This document shows, piece after piece, positions 63,156 through 64,000 of a stretch of DNA of 64,000 nucleotides. The DNA lies in the NCBI GenBank assembly GCA_951406725.2, contig OX597819.1:62682001-62746000 (forward strand), given 5' to 3'. The translations under genes and the position numbers were made by a program. The notes under the pieces are model-generated. The model made no database searches. It was given only the letters and a program-made list of their open reading frames with translations, and was not told the DNA's origin. The DNA is from Octopus vulgaris (Eukaryota). Numbering within the stretch: position 1 is the first letter of the stretch; every line of letters starts with the position of its first letter.

Positions 63156-64000
63156 AAGAACAAACAAGATGAGGACAAGTATCCGTCAAATGTAAATAAT
63201 GTAAATAATTTACATACTTCCTCATCTTTTAAATATCGAACGGCCTTAATAATATTGCAAACCTAGTAGAAATAATATTTTAGATATTTCTAATTCATTT
63301 TGTCTAAGAAAAAAAAATTCCAACGATGTTTCTAAATATGGTAAGGAAGCACTGAGTTGAAGGCCTATTCAGGAACAATCGAGTAATTATTAACATCGCA
63401 CACTTTGAGATAGAAAGAGAATTTGTAATTTGCTTCAATTTACTATGTAATTTAAAAGTATACACATGTGTGGCAAACGTTATTTTGGAATATTTACTTA
63501 ACATTTCCCCTCGAATAAAAGCTCTAAAAAAAATTCTGACTTCATAGAAAACTCATTAAATTCAAATTGTCAGAATTGCAAACTTATTTCTCCAATCCAA
63601 TGGTTCCAACTTGAAACTGTACCAATTCCAGCAATTCCCTGCATGAAAGTAATTATAAACCAAAGAATTAGTTTAAGGTCCTTGTATTGATAGTTATTTA
63701 ACTTCATAATATTATGTCAACAAATTATTATTTAATCTCAAATTTAATCAACATACCTCTAGCATTCATAACTACAACACAAAGGCAAGTATCCTTTGAA
63801 GGTAAATGATATTATACGCATGTAATCTTCATACAAGATTCTATTAAGCCTTTGTGTAAGTGTGATGATAAGAATGAATCAAAAAGCTCTACACAGAACA
63901 GCCGTACAGGTGGAGAAAAGGATGAAACAAAAGATGAAAGAGGAAATAATGATGGAAAAGTGCGTGACGCACAGAAAGGCAAGAAAGTGCCTTAGGTATT

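Larger units (their letters stand above)
62745..63241 (+). mobile_element. Composite insertion: inverted HHR tail + tRNA-like head + (AAT)n + HHR tail
   Basis: 62745-62891 is the reverse complement of 63064-63210. Head 62891-62956 has B-box GAGTTCGATTCC. Flanked by a 17/20 direct repeat (62728-62747 / 63234-63253). Confidence 0.85.

Overview
AT-rich, microsatellite-saturated eukaryotic DNA. The repeat families and simple-repeat spectrum look like an Octopus (coleoid cephalopod) genome; this assignment is inferred from recall, not from a search. I see no convincing host protein-coding exon, rRNA, true tRNA gene or CRISPR array, and nearly all listed ORFs are translations of (TA)n, (TATC)n, (TACA)n, (TAA)n or (TTC)n. 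The window is a dense collection of mostly decayed transposable elements: several tRNA-derived SINE families; R4/Dong-like restriction-like-endonuclease (RLE) LINE fragments in (TAA)n or (TACA)n, one with an open 362-aa C-terminal ORF; an internally deleted Tx1/L1-like element plus four more of its 3' tails in (TATC)n; RTE fragments; Tc1/mariner remnants and MITEs; and a non-autonomous Helitron. The most notable signal is non-coding. At least three unrelated repeat families carry readable minimal type-I hammerhead ribozyme (HHR) folds (38112-38154 +, 44186-44224 -, 62800-62845 - / 63110-63155 +), and three more carry decayed or partial ones. Several sit in asymmetric fold-back insertions (inverted copy + sense copy + unpaired 3' tail) of the kind described for Penelope-like elements (PLEs). 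One family joins a tRNA-like Pol III head, an (AAT)n spacer and an HHR-bearing PLE-like tail, making it a candidate Penelope-mobilised ribozyme SINE. All alignments and folds were done by eye, so boundaries are approximate.
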